From Aulosira sp. ZfuVER01 (lineage in GTDB: Bacteria; Cyanobacteriota; Cyanobacteriia; Cyanobacteriales; Nostocaceae): 64,000 bases of DNA. Location of the stretch: positions 1 through 64,000 of the forward strand of contig JAVRCV020000063.1 of the NCBI GenBank assembly GCA_034530615.2, in the 5' to 3' direction. The notes under the pieces are model-generated. The model made no database searches, was not told where the DNA came from, and worked only from the letters and a program-made list of their open reading frames with translations. A program made the translations under genes and the position numbers. The first letter of the stretch is position 1; every line of letters starts with the position of its first letter. Of the stretch, positions 20,148 to 30,982 are shown in pieces.

Positions 20148-21314
20148 CTAATTCAACTTGCTGTCACAAGTTTGTAGAAACGCTAGCTGAGTAATGATTT
20201 CATCTTCATTACCAGAGACAAATTTCGCAAAACGCTGTGCTAAAGGTGGTACGAGAACTAAGGGATTACTGAAACCAGAAAAAATATGAATATTGGCAAA
20301 TTCTGGAATAGCACCAATCAAGGGAAGGCGATTAGGGCTAAAAGCAACTAAGCAATGATGCCAAGTTCCTGGTAAATTTGCTAAGGCTGGTAAAATTTTT
20401 CCAATACTTTCCCTCAGCCACCTTTCACTTTCTTGGGAATTTACTTCAGCATGAGGATCTGTGAGTGTACGGCTAATTTGACCTAAGCGCAAACTCCCAT
20501 ATTGAAACTGAATTGCACCTGCATCTAAAATTGGCGGTACTGGCTGATTACCTGGTTCATCCCATAATTCATCAACTTGGGTAGATTGTGCTTCTAGTTG
20601 AAATCGTTGCAGATTTGCTGGCATTACTAAAGTATTTAACCGCACATCCACAGGTGGGATTTTAATGATTTCTGCATGGGTGAAATAGAGTTTGATGGGA
20701 ATCCCAGCTGATTTTAATAGTTGTCGGCTGAGTCCACCTGCACAAATAACTACATTAGCGCTAGAGAATGTTGCAGTAGCTGTTGTTACACTATCAGGTT
20801 TAATATGTAGGACTTGCGCAATTTGCATTTCACCACCAACACGTAGAAAAGCTTGAATGTAAGCTTGTGTTGTTTTTTCTGGGTGGATATGACCGTGTTT
20901 TACAGTTAAAGCACCGGAAATTGCATCTGGATTTAGCAATGGTTCTAATTCACAAGCTTCTTTGACTGTGAGTAAACGGGGAGGAATGGGAAAATTAGCA
21001 TAAGACGCAGCAGTGATTTCTGGATCGCTAGTACCGGGAATAGTAAGTAATAAATCTAATTCGCGGAATTGAATATCAGCGTCTAACTCTTGCGAGAGGA
21101 TTTGGTAACGTGCGATCGCATCTTCGCACAATTGGCGAGTTAGGGGTGTAGTACCTGACCAATAAGCTAACCCACCATAACTATAGCGAGTTGCGTTGTG
21201 TGGTGTTGCGTCTTGCTCTAACAACAGCACCGCAAAGCCTGTTTTTGCTAACTCGTAGGCAAGTGTAGCACCTGTGATGCCACCACCAACAACAATCCAG
21301 TCGTAAGTCTTCAT
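20148..21314 (-). CDS. FAD-dependent oxidoreductase (DAO/glycine oxidase family)
   Basis: WIVVGGGITG dinucleotide-binding motif. Confidence 0.9.
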   Translation of the reverse strand: MKTYDWIVVGGGITGATLAYELAKTGFAVLLLEQDATPHNATRYSYGGLAYWSGTTPLTRQLCEDAIARYQILSQELDADIQFRELDLLLTIPGTSDPEITAASYANFPIPPRLLTVKEACELEPLLNPDAISGALTVKHGHIHPEKTTQAYIQAFLRVGGEMQIAQVLHIKPDSVTTATATFSSANVVICAGGLSRQLLKSAGIPIKLYFTHAEIIKIPPVDVRLNTLVMPANLQRFQLEAQSTQVDELWDEPGNQPVPPILDAGAIQFQYGSLRLGQISRTLTDPHAEVNSQESERWLRESIGKILPALANLPGTWHHCLVAFSPNRLPLIGAIPEFANIHIFSGFSNPLVLVPPLAQRFAKFVSGNEDEIITQLAFLQTCDSKLN

Positions 21315-22204
21315 TAATATGTTGCTTGTAAACGGCTCAATAGATATTCTCCCGCAAGGATGGGTGGATAAATTGGGGAATGATTATTTTGGCAACTCTC
21401 AAGACAAGCAATTTCAATATCATCATTAGGATGGCAGAAAAAAGCAACAGAATAGCGAGACTGTTTCACCCTATTGTCGTTGGGAATTATCACCCGATGC
21501 TTAGTTGAGCAAAATACATGATTTGTCCATCGCTGCATTAAATCGCCAGTATTCACGACTACAGTACCAGGAATCGACGGCGCTGCAATCCATTCCCCAG
21601 ATGTAGTTTGCACTTCCAACCCGCCAATGTCATCTTGGAACAATAAAGTAATACTGCCATAATCAGAATGCTCGCCAGCACGTATCTGTCCGGGTTTAGG
21701 GGTTGTGGGTAACGGTGGATAGTGGAGCGATCGCAGAGTATGATTTTGTTGATTGTGTCTGGAGGTAAAAAAATCTTCTGGTAATTCCAACGCTAAAGCA
21801 AAAGCCTCTAGCACAGTGTTAGCTAGTTTTGTACAAGCCTCATAAAATGCGAGTGAATTAAACTCAGGTAGATTTTTACTGTTATCACCTTGTTTACCTA
21901 TATTCAACGCCTCTTTCAAGTCTCCTGGTTTGTTAGGGTCAAGACGTTCTCTTTCTATGCCAACATAACCAGTATTGCTCAATTCATCACTCCAAGCTAG
22001 CTGTTGCTTCACAGCTAAAGGTAAATTAAAAAAAGATTGACTTTGTGCAAATATTTGCTCGATCAACTCTTGTGATATTCCATGATTTTGCAAGTACATA
22101 AAGCCAATTTCATGGCAAGCCTGATAAATTTCTTGAACTACAGTTTGCTTTGTTGTATTATCCTGGCTGAAGGCAGCTAAATCAATTATGGGGATTTCAA
22201 TCAT
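21314..22204 (-). CDS. 2OG-Fe(II) oxygenase (isopenicillin N synthase family)
   Basis: IPIIDL, HSDYG..H..RYS facial-triad and RxS motifs. Confidence 0.93.
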   Translation of the reverse strand: MIEIPIIDLAAFSQDNTTKQTVVQEIYQACHEIGFMYLQNHGISQELIEQIFAQSQSFFNLPLAVKQQLAWSDELSNTGYVGIERERLDPNKPGDLKEALNIGKQGDNSKNLPEFNSLAFYEACTKLANTVLEAFALALELPEDFFTSRHNQQNHTLRSLHYPPLPTTPKPGQIRAGEHSDYGSITLLFQDDIGGLEVQTTSGEWIAAPSIPGTVVVNTGDLMQRWTNHVFCSTKHRVIIPNDNRVKQSRYSVAFFCHPNDDIEIACLESCQNNHSPIYPPILAGEYLLSRLQATY

Positions 22205-22257
22205 TTTAAGTTTTGGAATTATAAAAATCCGGTTTGAATAAAATTGAGTCTAACATC

Positions 22258-22764
22258 ATGAATATTCGCAGCGAAACTATCCAAGACTATCCAGCAATAG
22301 CTGAGGTAAATATACTAGCTTTTGGACAAGAGAACGAGGCTAAATTAATTGCAGAAATTCGTGATTCTGACCGCTATATTCCAGAACTTTCTTTAGTTGC
22401 AGAAGTTGAAGGTTTAGTAGTTGGTCATATTCTCTTCAGCTACATTGACCTGGTAGGTGAAGAAACATTTCAGGTACTTGGTTTAGCACCGATGGCCGTG
22501 CTACCAAATTTTCAAAGAAAAGGAATTGGTAGCGCACTAGTACAAGCAGGTTTAGAAATAGCAAATAAGCGAAAAGAAGCAATAGTCATTGTCCTCGGTC
22601 ATCCCCCATTCTATACACGCTTTGGATTTGAGCCATCAGTTAATTATGCGATCGCCTCTCCCTTTCCAGTTCCAGAAGAGTTTTTCATGGTTAAGCCACT
22701 CCAAAGTTATCAGGAAACCTACAAGGGAAAGATTGTTTATCCACCCGCTTTTGAAAAGGTGTAA
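22258..22764 (+). CDS. GNAT family N-acetyltransferase (YhbS-like)
   Basis: FQRKGIGSAL, VLGHPPFYTRFGF. Confidence 0.92.
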   Translation: MNIRSETIQDYPAIAEVNILAFGQENEAKLIAEIRDSDRYIPELSLVAEVEGLVVGHILFSYIDLVGEETFQVLGLAPMAVLPNFQRKGIGSALVQAGLEIANKRKEAIVIVLGHPPFYTRFGFEPSVNYAIASPFPVPEEFFMVKPLQSYQETYKGKIVYPPAFEKV

Positions 22765-22891
22765 GGCCAATTTGAAGCAAGAATGCGACAATCTCTTCTC
22801 TCTGTGTCTCTGTGGTTTAATCAGACAAAGAGAGCATAATTGTAATTTTTTGGTAAGAATGCTTGTATCTAGTGTTGTTATTTAGATACTC

Positions 22892-23896
22892 TTGGCAAAA
22901 ATCACAAATAATATAGTTATGGCTATCCTAAAAGCTTTGTCTGTAACTTCGGCTAGCGTAGTATTGATAATTTGCAGCCTTGGGGAAACAGTTACCGCTG
23001 AAACCTCTACACCTCAGCCTCTGTTTAAAGATGTCGATAGCTACACTACAAAAATCTCTGAAAATAATGACATAGCTGATATTTACTTTCCTAAAATATC
23101 AAGTAAAAAAACTGGTAGCCCTTCATTTCCTATTGCTTTGTTATTACAAGGCGCAAATGTAGATAAATCCAATTATTCAAATTTCGCCAGTATAGTAGCT
23201 AGCTACGGATTTGTTGTAGTTGTTCCCAATCACAAAGCAAAACGTCCAACGGTTGGTACAGGACTTTTCGCTGACACTTCACAAATCCAAGCTGTGTTAG
23301 CGCAAATGAGGCTAGAAAATCAAAATCCTAAGTCACCTGTTACTAACATTATTAATACAGAAAAACTAGGCTTACTTGGTCACTCTCTAGGGGGTGCTGT
23401 TGGACTATCTGCTATTGCAAACTTATGCTTACCTTTTTTATGTCAAGGTTCTTTTAGCCGTCCCAAACAACTCTTAGCAGGAGCTTTTTTTGGCGCAAGT
23501 CTTCGTAATGTGACTACTCAACAGTACGTTCCTATTCATAATTCTTATATTAAAGTAGCCCTATTACAAGGAAGCGTTGACAGTATAGGTCTTCCACAAA
23601 GAGCGCAGGCAACTTACGAACAAATTCAAGACCCTCCTAAGACATTAATTACTATTTTAGGTGCAAATCACTATGGCATCACAAATACTAACAATCCTAC
23701 TGGTGCAAGAGCAGATAGAAATTTCCCATTACTCAAGCAAAATACATCAATAGAAACCATTGCTCGTTGGAGTGGATTGTTTTTGCGTGCTAATATTTTG
23801 AATGACCAAGTTGCTGGAAATTACATATATTCTACAGGTGATACTTTAGATGAAAATGTGACAGTTATCAACCAAAATAATAAATATAAGAAATAA
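22892..23896 (+). CDS. Secreted alpha/beta hydrolase (chlorophyllase-like)
   Basis: GHSLGG nucleophile motif, GANHYG; signal-like N-terminus. Confidence 0.8.
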   Translation: MAKITNNIVMAILKALSVTSASVVLIICSLGETVTAETSTPQPLFKDVDSYTTKISENNDIADIYFPKISSKKTGSPSFPIALLLQGANVDKSNYSNFASIVASYGFVVVVPNHKAKRPTVGTGLFADTSQIQAVLAQMRLENQNPKSPVTNIINTEKLGLLGHSLGGAVGLSAIANLCLPFLCQGSFSRPKQLLAGAFFGASLRNVTTQQYVPIHNSYIKVALLQGSVDSIGLPQRAQATYEQIQDPPKTLITILGANHYGITNTNNPTGARADRNFPLLKQNTSIETIARWSGLFLRANILNDQVAGNYIYSTGDTLDENVTVINQNNKYKK

Positions 23897-23940
23897 TTTT
23901 TGTTTTGGTTAGCTTGCGTTTCTAAAACTTTGATTTTTCT

Positions 23941-24777
23941 CTAGATAAATGAGTAGTCGTGCCAGTCACAAATAGGATGGTAGCCAATCTTTTTGTAGAT
24001 GTAATTAGAGGTTGGATTTTCCAGATCCGTAAACAGAAAACAGCGATCGCATCCTTGATTTAAAAGTTTTTGGCTCAAAGCTGCAACACAGGCAGTAGCA
24101 TAGCCTTTGCCACGATACTCTGGTGGTGTGTAGACTGGGCCAATCCGCGCCGCCGCAGGTAAAGATTGACTACCGCTAGCCCATGAAACTGGGATGCCAT
24201 CATCCCATAGATAAATACTCTGCCGCGTCAGTCCGGTATTAACTGCTTGTTCTGCATCTTGAGAAACCACCTCACCAACTTCAGCAGCAAACCTTGTAAA
24301 CCACTCTAATAGCAAAGGGCGATCGCTTTGGGTAGCAAGTCTGAGATAACCATTGACAGTTGCCACAGGTTCTACCTGAGTCAACTGGTGGATTCTCATC
24401 TCCATCACCCGTCGATAGGACTGTCCTGTCAATGTTTGCCATGTCTGCAAAAACGTTTCTACCTCTGCAACCAGTCCACTTACACCAGGGTGTTGCTGTG
24501 GATCGTCTTGCAAATCCTCAGCAATTAGCCTGACAGCATTTAAATCCTGTGCTTTGGAAAGTATCAGCTTGTATGGAGGAGTACAGATAGCGACAGCCAG
24601 AATCTGGCCTTTTGTTTCCGCGATCGCCAAGTACGGAGGCTCGGGATAACGTTCTGGGTAATGCAATAAATTGTGTGAGATCCCAAGCAACAAATTATGC
24701 TCTGCTTCATACTGGAGTAAGTAATCCTGAGCTTGATGCCAGAATTCCTTGATGTTCTGGAATCGGCGTAATTGCAT
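23941..24777 (-). CDS. GNAT family N-acetyltransferase (FR47-like)
   Basis: VYTPPEYRGKGYA, LFTDLENPTSNYIYKKIGY. Confidence 0.9.
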   Translation of the reverse strand: MQLRRFQNIKEFWHQAQDYLLQYEAEHNLLLGISHNLLHYPERYPEPPYLAIAETKGQILAVAICTPPYKLILSKAQDLNAVRLIAEDLQDDPQQHPGVSGLVAEVETFLQTWQTLTGQSYRRVMEMRIHQLTQVEPVATVNGYLRLATQSDRPLLLEWFTRFAAEVGEVVSQDAEQAVNTGLTRQSIYLWDDGIPVSWASGSQSLPAAARIGPVYTPPEYRGKGYATACVAALSQKLLNQGCDRCFLFTDLENPTSNYIYKKIGYHPICDWHDYSFI

Positions 24778-25127
24778 GATTTACCTCCTGAGTGCGGCTA
24801 GATCAGCTCCTTTAGGAAATTCAAAATTACAACCCCATAAATTTATTGTTTGGGATTGTATCCTTTTTCTTCTCCAGTCAATCCAAAATTGTTTGACGAT
24901 ATGGAACACGGCATTACTGAAAATTTATAACCAATTACCAATTAACACAAATGCCGACCAGTATGTGCTGCTCAGATTTGATGCGCAGTTTGAATTTTAC
25001 AAGAGGTGCGATCGCCAATTTCATCAGGTGAGTTTTAGGAAAATGGGATCGCATTCTCCCAAAAAGTTCTCGATGAGTCGCGTTAAGCTAATAGTAACTG
25101 AGATGATAAATGTAGGTGGGGTGGGTT

Positions 25128-26192
25128 ATGAGCGATCGCACCGTGACTGTGAATAGTATCACTCAAGAGTTACAGCAAGTCACCGCCGACTTACACCGAG
25201 TTAATCCTAGAGCCGGATTACTACGTTTTAGTATACTGGGCTTGATATTTGTGGGGTTAGTCATATTAGCTTGGTCAGTGCCAAACGGTATTTTATTTGT
25301 AGCGGCAACAATGCTGGCGGGAATTTTTTATGGTTTTTGGCTGATTTGTACCCATGATATGACACATCAAACCTTAACAGGTTGGAAGTGGTTTGATACG
25401 ATCGTGCCGCGATTGATCAGTTGGCCAATGCTGTGGCCTTACAGTATCTATGCAGAGATACACCGCTTGCATCATGGCTGGAATGGCATTGACTTGCGAG
25501 ATCCAGAAAGACTCCAATGGACTTGGCAAGAATACCAGCAAGCACACCCGATACTGCGTTGGTATGTCAGTCATCAGTGGCTGTGCGATATTTTTATTTT
25601 GGGGGGAATAGGGCTAATTATTAAAACCTTTATTAAAGGTGTACGCTTCCGAAACCTAGCTAGTATGCGGCGACAGCTAATGCTGGATATTACAGGTATA
25701 GTGTTTGTTCAGAGTGTTCTATTAATGTTAGCAATCTTTCATGGAGAATTAGGGCGCTACATTTTATTTTGGTTAATTTTAGAACGGATAGTTGGGATCG
25801 TAGCGCAGACACGCGATCACTTAGAACACTATGCACTGTGGGGAAAATTTACCACTCACCAATTAACGCAGCTTTATGCTTGTCGTAATATTGAGACTAG
25901 TTCTTTAGTTGGCTGGTTGATGGGTGGACTAAATTATCATGCAGTGCATCACGCCTATCCTGATATTCCCTTCAACCATCTACCACAAGCATTTGAGCGA
26001 ATTCAAAAGGTGTTAGAAAAGCATAATTTGCCACTCATGAACCAGGAACCTGGTTATCTCAAATCTGCATACTGGTTAAGTCGTCGTCCATCATTAATTA
26101 GTGAAGTTGACTGTTCTCATCCAACAAATCGCCATCAGATGATTCCACTAAACGACCTCTCTGTTTCTGGCAACAGAAGCCTGGGGGCATGA
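25128..26192 (+). CDS. Fatty acid desaturase family protein
   Basis: Three His boxes: HDMTH, HRLHH, HAVHH. Confidence 0.9.
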   Translation: MSDRTVTVNSITQELQQVTADLHRVNPRAGLLRFSILGLIFVGLVILAWSVPNGILFVAATMLAGIFYGFWLICTHDMTHQTLTGWKWFDTIVPRLISWPMLWPYSIYAEIHRLHHGWNGIDLRDPERLQWTWQEYQQAHPILRWYVSHQWLCDIFILGGIGLIIKTFIKGVRFRNLASMRRQLMLDITGIVFVQSVLLMLAIFHGELGRYILFWLILERIVGIVAQTRDHLEHYALWGKFTTHQLTQLYACRNIETSSLVGWLMGGLNYHAVHHAYPDIPFNHLPQAFERIQKVLEKHNLPLMNQEPGYLKSAYWLSRRPSLISEVDCSHPTNRHQMIPLNDLSVSGNRSLGA

Positions 26193-27160
26193 GTATGCGC
26201 TTTTCATACTGTGGCGCAATATTCCTCTTGCGGCAGGTAAATAATCTCAACAGTTCGCACCAAAGTAAACTGATATGCAATGGACTATACCTTGCCTTGC
26301 TGCGATCGCTCATGGATTACAAGCAACAAAAATTTTTTCAGCGTTGGCATTGATATTTCCTTCCTATCTAATGATATTTGTCTACGTATTCTTCACTTTG
26401 GATCTCATCCTCAATGGTCGATCAAACATCTGCCAACAGTCTTGTTTTTCTCAGAAAAAATTGGAGAACAGTTTCTTCACGAGAAATGATATCTGCTCTA
26501 CCCTCCATTCCTAATTTGATCGTACATTGGTTTTTGCCTTGACCGAAGACTAAACTTTCTGGTGCGATCGCCTAATATCTTCTGTACCGGATCGTTGCTG
26601 TAATCTAATTTGAGACGAAAATCGGCAGATAATGCGCCGCCAACTACATAAGTAGGACGAATAGCCGTAACTGTCACTAAGATCAAAGTTGACAATAACA
26701 GTTCGCGATCTGTTTTCGCTATTTGCCAGGGTAATACCTAATTTTTGTCCTCGATGAGACCAATTAGCGTTATCAACATTCTTTTCCAATAGGACACCTA
26801 CTATTTTTTAGTTTTATCTTAAACTTTTAAATTTTAGCAAATTGGTATTTATAAAAGATCTATATATCGGTTAGTTTAAACATGATTATTTGATGTGATT
26901 AGGGGTATTTGCATTAAATTTTTCTGGGATTTATTATTTTATTTTTAATATTTTTCATATAATAATTATCCCCTAATCCGATATAAATATGATTTATTAA
27001 AACAGAAGTTTTGACAGTTCAATAATAAACTATATAGCCAACGAGTATGCTGATTTTTCAGCTTCCAATTTGTCCAATGTCTGCGATTCTCAATCAGCAT
27101 TGGCAGCACTGAAGTTACCAGTAATTTCAAGCTACTCTCGCCGCAATATGACCAGTACAA

Positions 27161-27469
27161 TTGACCGACATCAGGGTTTTGTTGCATACTATCAGTTCGC
27201 AAGACAACTACTCAGGATGTACAGATGTGAAACTTTACCTAGCTAACGTATCTTCAAATCTACCTGACTGGGCAACTGTTACCTCAAAAAATTCAGATTT
27301 AATTGAAGTGGCAATCAAAGATCATCACCCTGAGTTTCAGTTATTACTTGCTAATTTAGCAACTGAGATTCAGCCAGGAGTCATAGGAGTGAAAGCAGCT
27401 GATTTATGTTCAGCTTTAGTATCACAGATGACACTCCCCAAGTTGAGCGCTCTTGCAGAGATAGCTTGA
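27161..27469 (+). CDS. Hypothetical protein
   Basis: 102-aa ORF with plausible composition. Confidence 0.5.
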   Translation: MTDIRVLLHTISSQDNYSGCTDVKLYLANVSSNLPDWATVTSKNSDLIEVAIKDHHPEFQLLLANLATEIQPGVIGVKAADLCSALVSQMTLPKLSALAEIA

Positions 27470-27521
27470 TTAATTTCTGTTATTTTACGCAAAACCATCA
27501 ACGTTGTTTGAGAGTCGGTTG

Positions 27522-28058
27522 CTACACCTCAATACCTCGTACAAGTGCATCAATTGTTGCTCTAAGCGACTGCACGGTGTCGGGATCTATTAGTTCACCT
27601 TTACCATTCAGTTTCTTACTGACAAAGGGGACAGTCAGTGATGCTCCCTCGATAATGTTGGCAGCTAAGGCAGTCAGTGTCAGCACCAAAGAAGCATGGG
27701 CTTTGTCAGCACCAAATTCTGATGGAGATGCACTAATCGTAGCAACAGGCTTCCCCACCAACTCGCCCGACGAAACAATCCAGTCTAGTGCGTTCTTCAG
27801 CACACCAGGCATTCCATAAGCATACTCTGGTGTGCAGATGAGTACACCATCAGATGTTTGAAACTGCTCACGCAGATTTCTTACAGATATTGGCGGAGTA
27901 TCACCATCGAGTTCGGGATTAAAGTGCGGTAAGTCTGCTAATCCTTCATAGATTGTCAGATCAATGCCTTCAGCTACAAGTGTTGCAGCAGCCTTTAGCA
28001 GCGAAGTATTGGCAGAACCTGGTCTGAGACTTCCGGAGATAGCTAGAATTTTCATCAC
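27522..28058 (-). CDS. NADPH-dependent FMN reductase
   Basis: ISGSLRPGSAN, TPEYAYGMPGVLKNALDW. Confidence 0.93.
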   Translation of the reverse strand: MMKILAISGSLRPGSANTSLLKAAATLVAEGIDLTIYEGLADLPHFNPELDGDTPPISVRNLREQFQTSDGVLICTPEYAYGMPGVLKNALDWIVSSGELVGKPVATISASPSEFGADKAHASLVLTLTALAANIIEGASLTVPFVSKKLNGKGELIDPDTVQSLRATIDALVRGIEV

Positions 28059-28221
28059 ATATCTAACCTGGTTTCTTCAACTTTTCACGGTAAGCCTGCA
28101 CAATAGCAAAATACTCGTGGATTTTATCTTTTAATCTAGATTACATCAGTTTTCACTTTGGGAAAATTCTCAAGTACTATGTAAGGCTGCATAGTTACTG
28201 CAAGATTTTTGTAAGCAATTG

Positions 28222-28266
28222 AGGTGTTGTACTAAGCGTTAGCCAGAACCTGAGAATACTACACCT
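28222..28266. other. Putative site-specific recombination site (att-like) at the nifE breakpoint
   Basis: AGGTGTTGTA (28222-31) and TACTACACCT (28257-66) form a 9/10 inverted repeat whose centre, 28244, is where NifE homology begins. Confidence 0.7.
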
Positions 28267-29112
28267 TATGATATTAACTTAATCGGTGAGTACAACATCG
28301 CCGGCGAAATGTGGGGAGTGACACCGCTATTGGAAAAATTGGGCATCCGCGTCTTATCGAAAATTACAGGTGATGCTCGCTATCAAGAAATTACTTACGC
28401 TCACCGTGCCAAGTTGAATGTGATGATCTGCTCGCGCGCATTGCTCAATATGGCGAGAAAAATGGAGGAGCGTTATGGCATTCCTTACATTGAAGAGTCT
28501 TTTTACGGCATCGATGACATGAACCGCTGTCTGCGGAACATTGCTGCTAAGTTAGGAGATCCCGATCTGCAAGAGCGTACAGAAAAGCTAATTGCCGAAG
28601 AAACTGCTGCTTTAGATTTAGCTCTAGCTCCCTATCGTGCCCGCCTCAAAGGCAAGCGCGTTGTCTTGTATACTGGCGGTGTCAAGAGTTGGTCAATTAT
28701 CTCCGCAGCTAAAGACTTAGGCATAGAAGTTGTCGCCACCAGCACCAGAAAAAGTACAGAAGAAGACAAAGCCAAGATTAAGAAGTTAATCGGTAACGAT
28801 GGCATCATGCTCGAAAAAGGCAATGCCAAAGAACTACTGCAACTGGTTAAAGATACCAACGCCGATATGTTAATTGCTGGGGGTCGTAACCAATATACAG
28901 CCCTTAAAGCCAGAATTCCTTTCCTCGACATTAACCAAGAACGCCACCATCCCTACGCAGGTTATGTAGGCATGGTAGAAATGGCACGAGAACTGTATGA
29001 AGCTCTCTATAGCCCAATTTGGGAACAAATCCGCAAGCCTGCGCCTTGGGATGAGGAAACGGGGATGTTCAACGCCTTTGATGAAACCGGCTTAGTAGAA
29101 GAGGTTAGCTAA
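28244..29112 (+). CDS. nifE: Nitrogenase FeMo-cofactor scaffold NifE, 3' segment only (split gene)
   Basis: In-frame TAG at 28240-42, then (P)[24 protein letters not shown]...[10 protein letters not shown]...[14 protein letters not shown]-terminal part absent; no internal stops; directly upstream of nifN. Confidence 0.93.
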
Positions 29113-30431
29113 TGGCGATCGTTACTGCTCCCAACAAACCACTGACAGTTAATCCCCTCAAGCAAAGCCAAGCTTTGGGTGCATCTTTAGCCTTTTTGGG
29201 ATTGAAGGGAATGATTCCCTTGTTTCACGGTTCACAAGGTTGTACTGCTTTTGCCAAAGTCGTCTTAGTACGGCATTTCCGGGAAGCAATTCCCCTAGCA
29301 ACTACAGCCATGACGGAAGTCACTACCATTTTGGGTGGTGAAGAAAATGTGGAACAAGCAATTCTCACTTTGGTAGAGAAGTCCCAGCCAGAAATTATTG
29401 GTATATGTAGCACCGGGTTAACCGAAACTAGAGGTGATGATATAGAACGGTTTCTTAAGGAAATTCGCAAACGTCACCCAGAATTGGATCGCCTACCGAT
29501 TGTCTTTGCACCGACACCAGATTTTAAAGGTGCTTTGCAAGATGGCTTTGCGGTGGCTGTAGAAAGCATCGTTAAAGAAGTTCCCCGACTTTGTGCAACC
29601 AGAATTGAACAAGTGACCATCTTAGCTGGTTCATCTTTTACACCGGGGGATATACAAGAAATCAAGGAGATGGTAACTAGCTTTGGACTAGTTCCCATTG
29701 TTGTACCCGATTTGAGTGCTTCCTTAGATGGACACCTAGAAGATTCCTATAGTGCGATTACAGCCAGTGGGACAACTGTGGCTCAACTGCGGGAAGTTGG
29801 CGGTTCTGCCTTCACGATCGCACTTGGTGAAAGTATGCGGGGTGCAGCGCGGATTCTGCAAGAACGGTTTGGCATTCCCTACGAAGTTTTTGGACAACTC
29901 ACAGGATTAGAACCTGTAGACGAGTTTCTCCACGCCTTGGCAATTCTTAGCGGTAACAGCGTCCCCGAAAAATACCGCCGCCAGCGTCGCCAACTGCAAG
30001 ACGCAATGTTAGACACTCACTTTTATTTTGGTGCCAAACGAGTATCCTTAGCCTTAGAACCTGATTTGTTGTGGTCAGCAGTCCATTTCTTGCAATCAAT
30101 GGGAGCGCAAATTCATGCTGCGGTGACAACAACGCGATCGCCTTTACTCGAACAACTCCCCATCAAAAGTGTAACTATCGGTGATTTAGAAGACTTTGAA
30201 GAACTAGCAGCCGACTCAGACTTGCTAATTGGCAATTCTAACGTAAGTGCGATCGCAAAACGCCTTTCCATTCCTCTCTATCGTTTGGGACTGCCCATTT
30301 ACGATCGCTTAGGTAATGGTCAATTTACCAAAGTTGGCTACCGAGGCACAATGGAGCTTTTATTTGGCATGGGCAACCTCTTCTTAGAAGCAGAAGAAGA
30401 GAGAGTTAAACACTTTCACGGAGATTGGTAA
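29112..30431 (+). CDS. nifN: Nitrogenase FeMo-cofactor biosynthesis protein NifN
   Basis: VNPLKQSQALGA, HGSQGCTAFAKVVLVRHFRE. Confidence 0.97.
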   Translation: MAIVTAPNKPLTVNPLKQSQALGASLAFLGLKGMIPLFHGSQGCTAFAKVVLVRHFREAIPLATTAMTEVTTILGGEENVEQAILTLVEKSQPEIIGICSTGLTETRGDDIERFLKEIRKRHPELDRLPIVFAPTPDFKGALQDGFAVAVESIVKEVPRLCATRIEQVTILAGSSFTPGDIQEIKEMVTSFGLVPIVVPDLSASLDGHLEDSYSAITASGTTVAQLREVGGSAFTIALGESMRGAARILQERFGIPYEVFGQLTGLEPVDEFLHALAILSGNSVPEKYRRQRRQLQDAMLDTHFYFGAKRVSLALEPDLLWSAVHFLQSMGAQIHAAVTTTRSPLLEQLPIKSVTIGDLEDFEELAADSDLLIGNSNVSAIAKRLSIPLYRLGLPIYDRLGNGQFTKVGYRGTMELLFGMGNLFLEAEEERVKHFHGDW

Positions 30432-30434
30432 TCG

Positions 30435-30565
30435 GTATTGTCATTTGTCAATCGTCATTAGTCATTGGTTGTTGTGCATGAATTTTTTAGCGATTGCTAA
30501 TTACTAAACACAAATGACAAAGGACAAAAGACAAATGACCAAAAACAAATGACAAAGGACAAATA
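30435..30565. repeat. STRR-type heptamer repeats in inverted arrangement
   Basis: tgtcatttgtca...gtcattagtcatt then caaatgacaaaggacaaaagacaaatgac... Confidence 0.75.
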
Positions 30566-30568
30566 AAA

Positions 30569-30982
30569 ATGAAAATTGCCTTCACGACAAGTGACCGAGT
30601 TCATATTAATGCTCACTTCGGATGGGCAAGACAAATTGAGGTTTATGACGTCTCAGATGAGGGATATTCATTTGTTGAGACTTTGAACTTTGAGGGCGAC
30701 CTCAAAGAAGATGGTAACGAGGATAAAATCACACCCAAACTAGAAGCGCTAGAGGATTGCACAATTGTTTATGTTTTAGCAATTGGTGGTAGCGCTGCTG
30801 CTCGTTTAATTAAAAAAGGTGTTACCCCAATTAAAGCGCGATCGGAAGAAGAAGAAATCGCAGAAGTGCTAACTAAATTAGTGCAAACACTTAAAGGTAA
30901 TCCGCCACCTTGGTTACGTAAAGCTTTAAAGCAAAAAGACACATTATTTGTAGATGAACTCGAAAATGAAGCAACAGTATGA
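30569..30982 (+). CDS. nifX: Nitrogen fixation protein NifX
   Basis: HINAHFGWA, AIGGSAAA, PPPWLRKAL. Confidence 0.97.
   Translation: MKIAFTTSDRVHINAHFGWARQIEVYDVSDEGYSFVETLNFEGDLKEDGNEDKITPKLEALEDCTIVYVLAIGGSAAARLIKKGVTPIKARSEEEEIAEVLTKLVQTLKGNPPPWLRKALKQKDTLFVDELENEATV

Larger units (their letters stand above)
1..28243. mobile_element. Putative nifE-interrupting element (right part; left end and recombinase lie outside the window)
   Basis: nifE homology stops at 28243/28244; no nifE 5' half, nifK or recombinase recognised in 1-28243. Confidence 0.5.

Noticed and set aside
26190..27160. Short overlapping ORFs after the desaturase
   Set aside because: No recognisable domains, conflicting frames and an AT-rich stretch; possibly gene debris but unsupported
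28309..29112. Stand-alone 267-aa NifE starting at ATG 28309
   Set aside because: NifE homology extends about 21 codons upstream of this internal Met to an abrupt break, so it is a fragment
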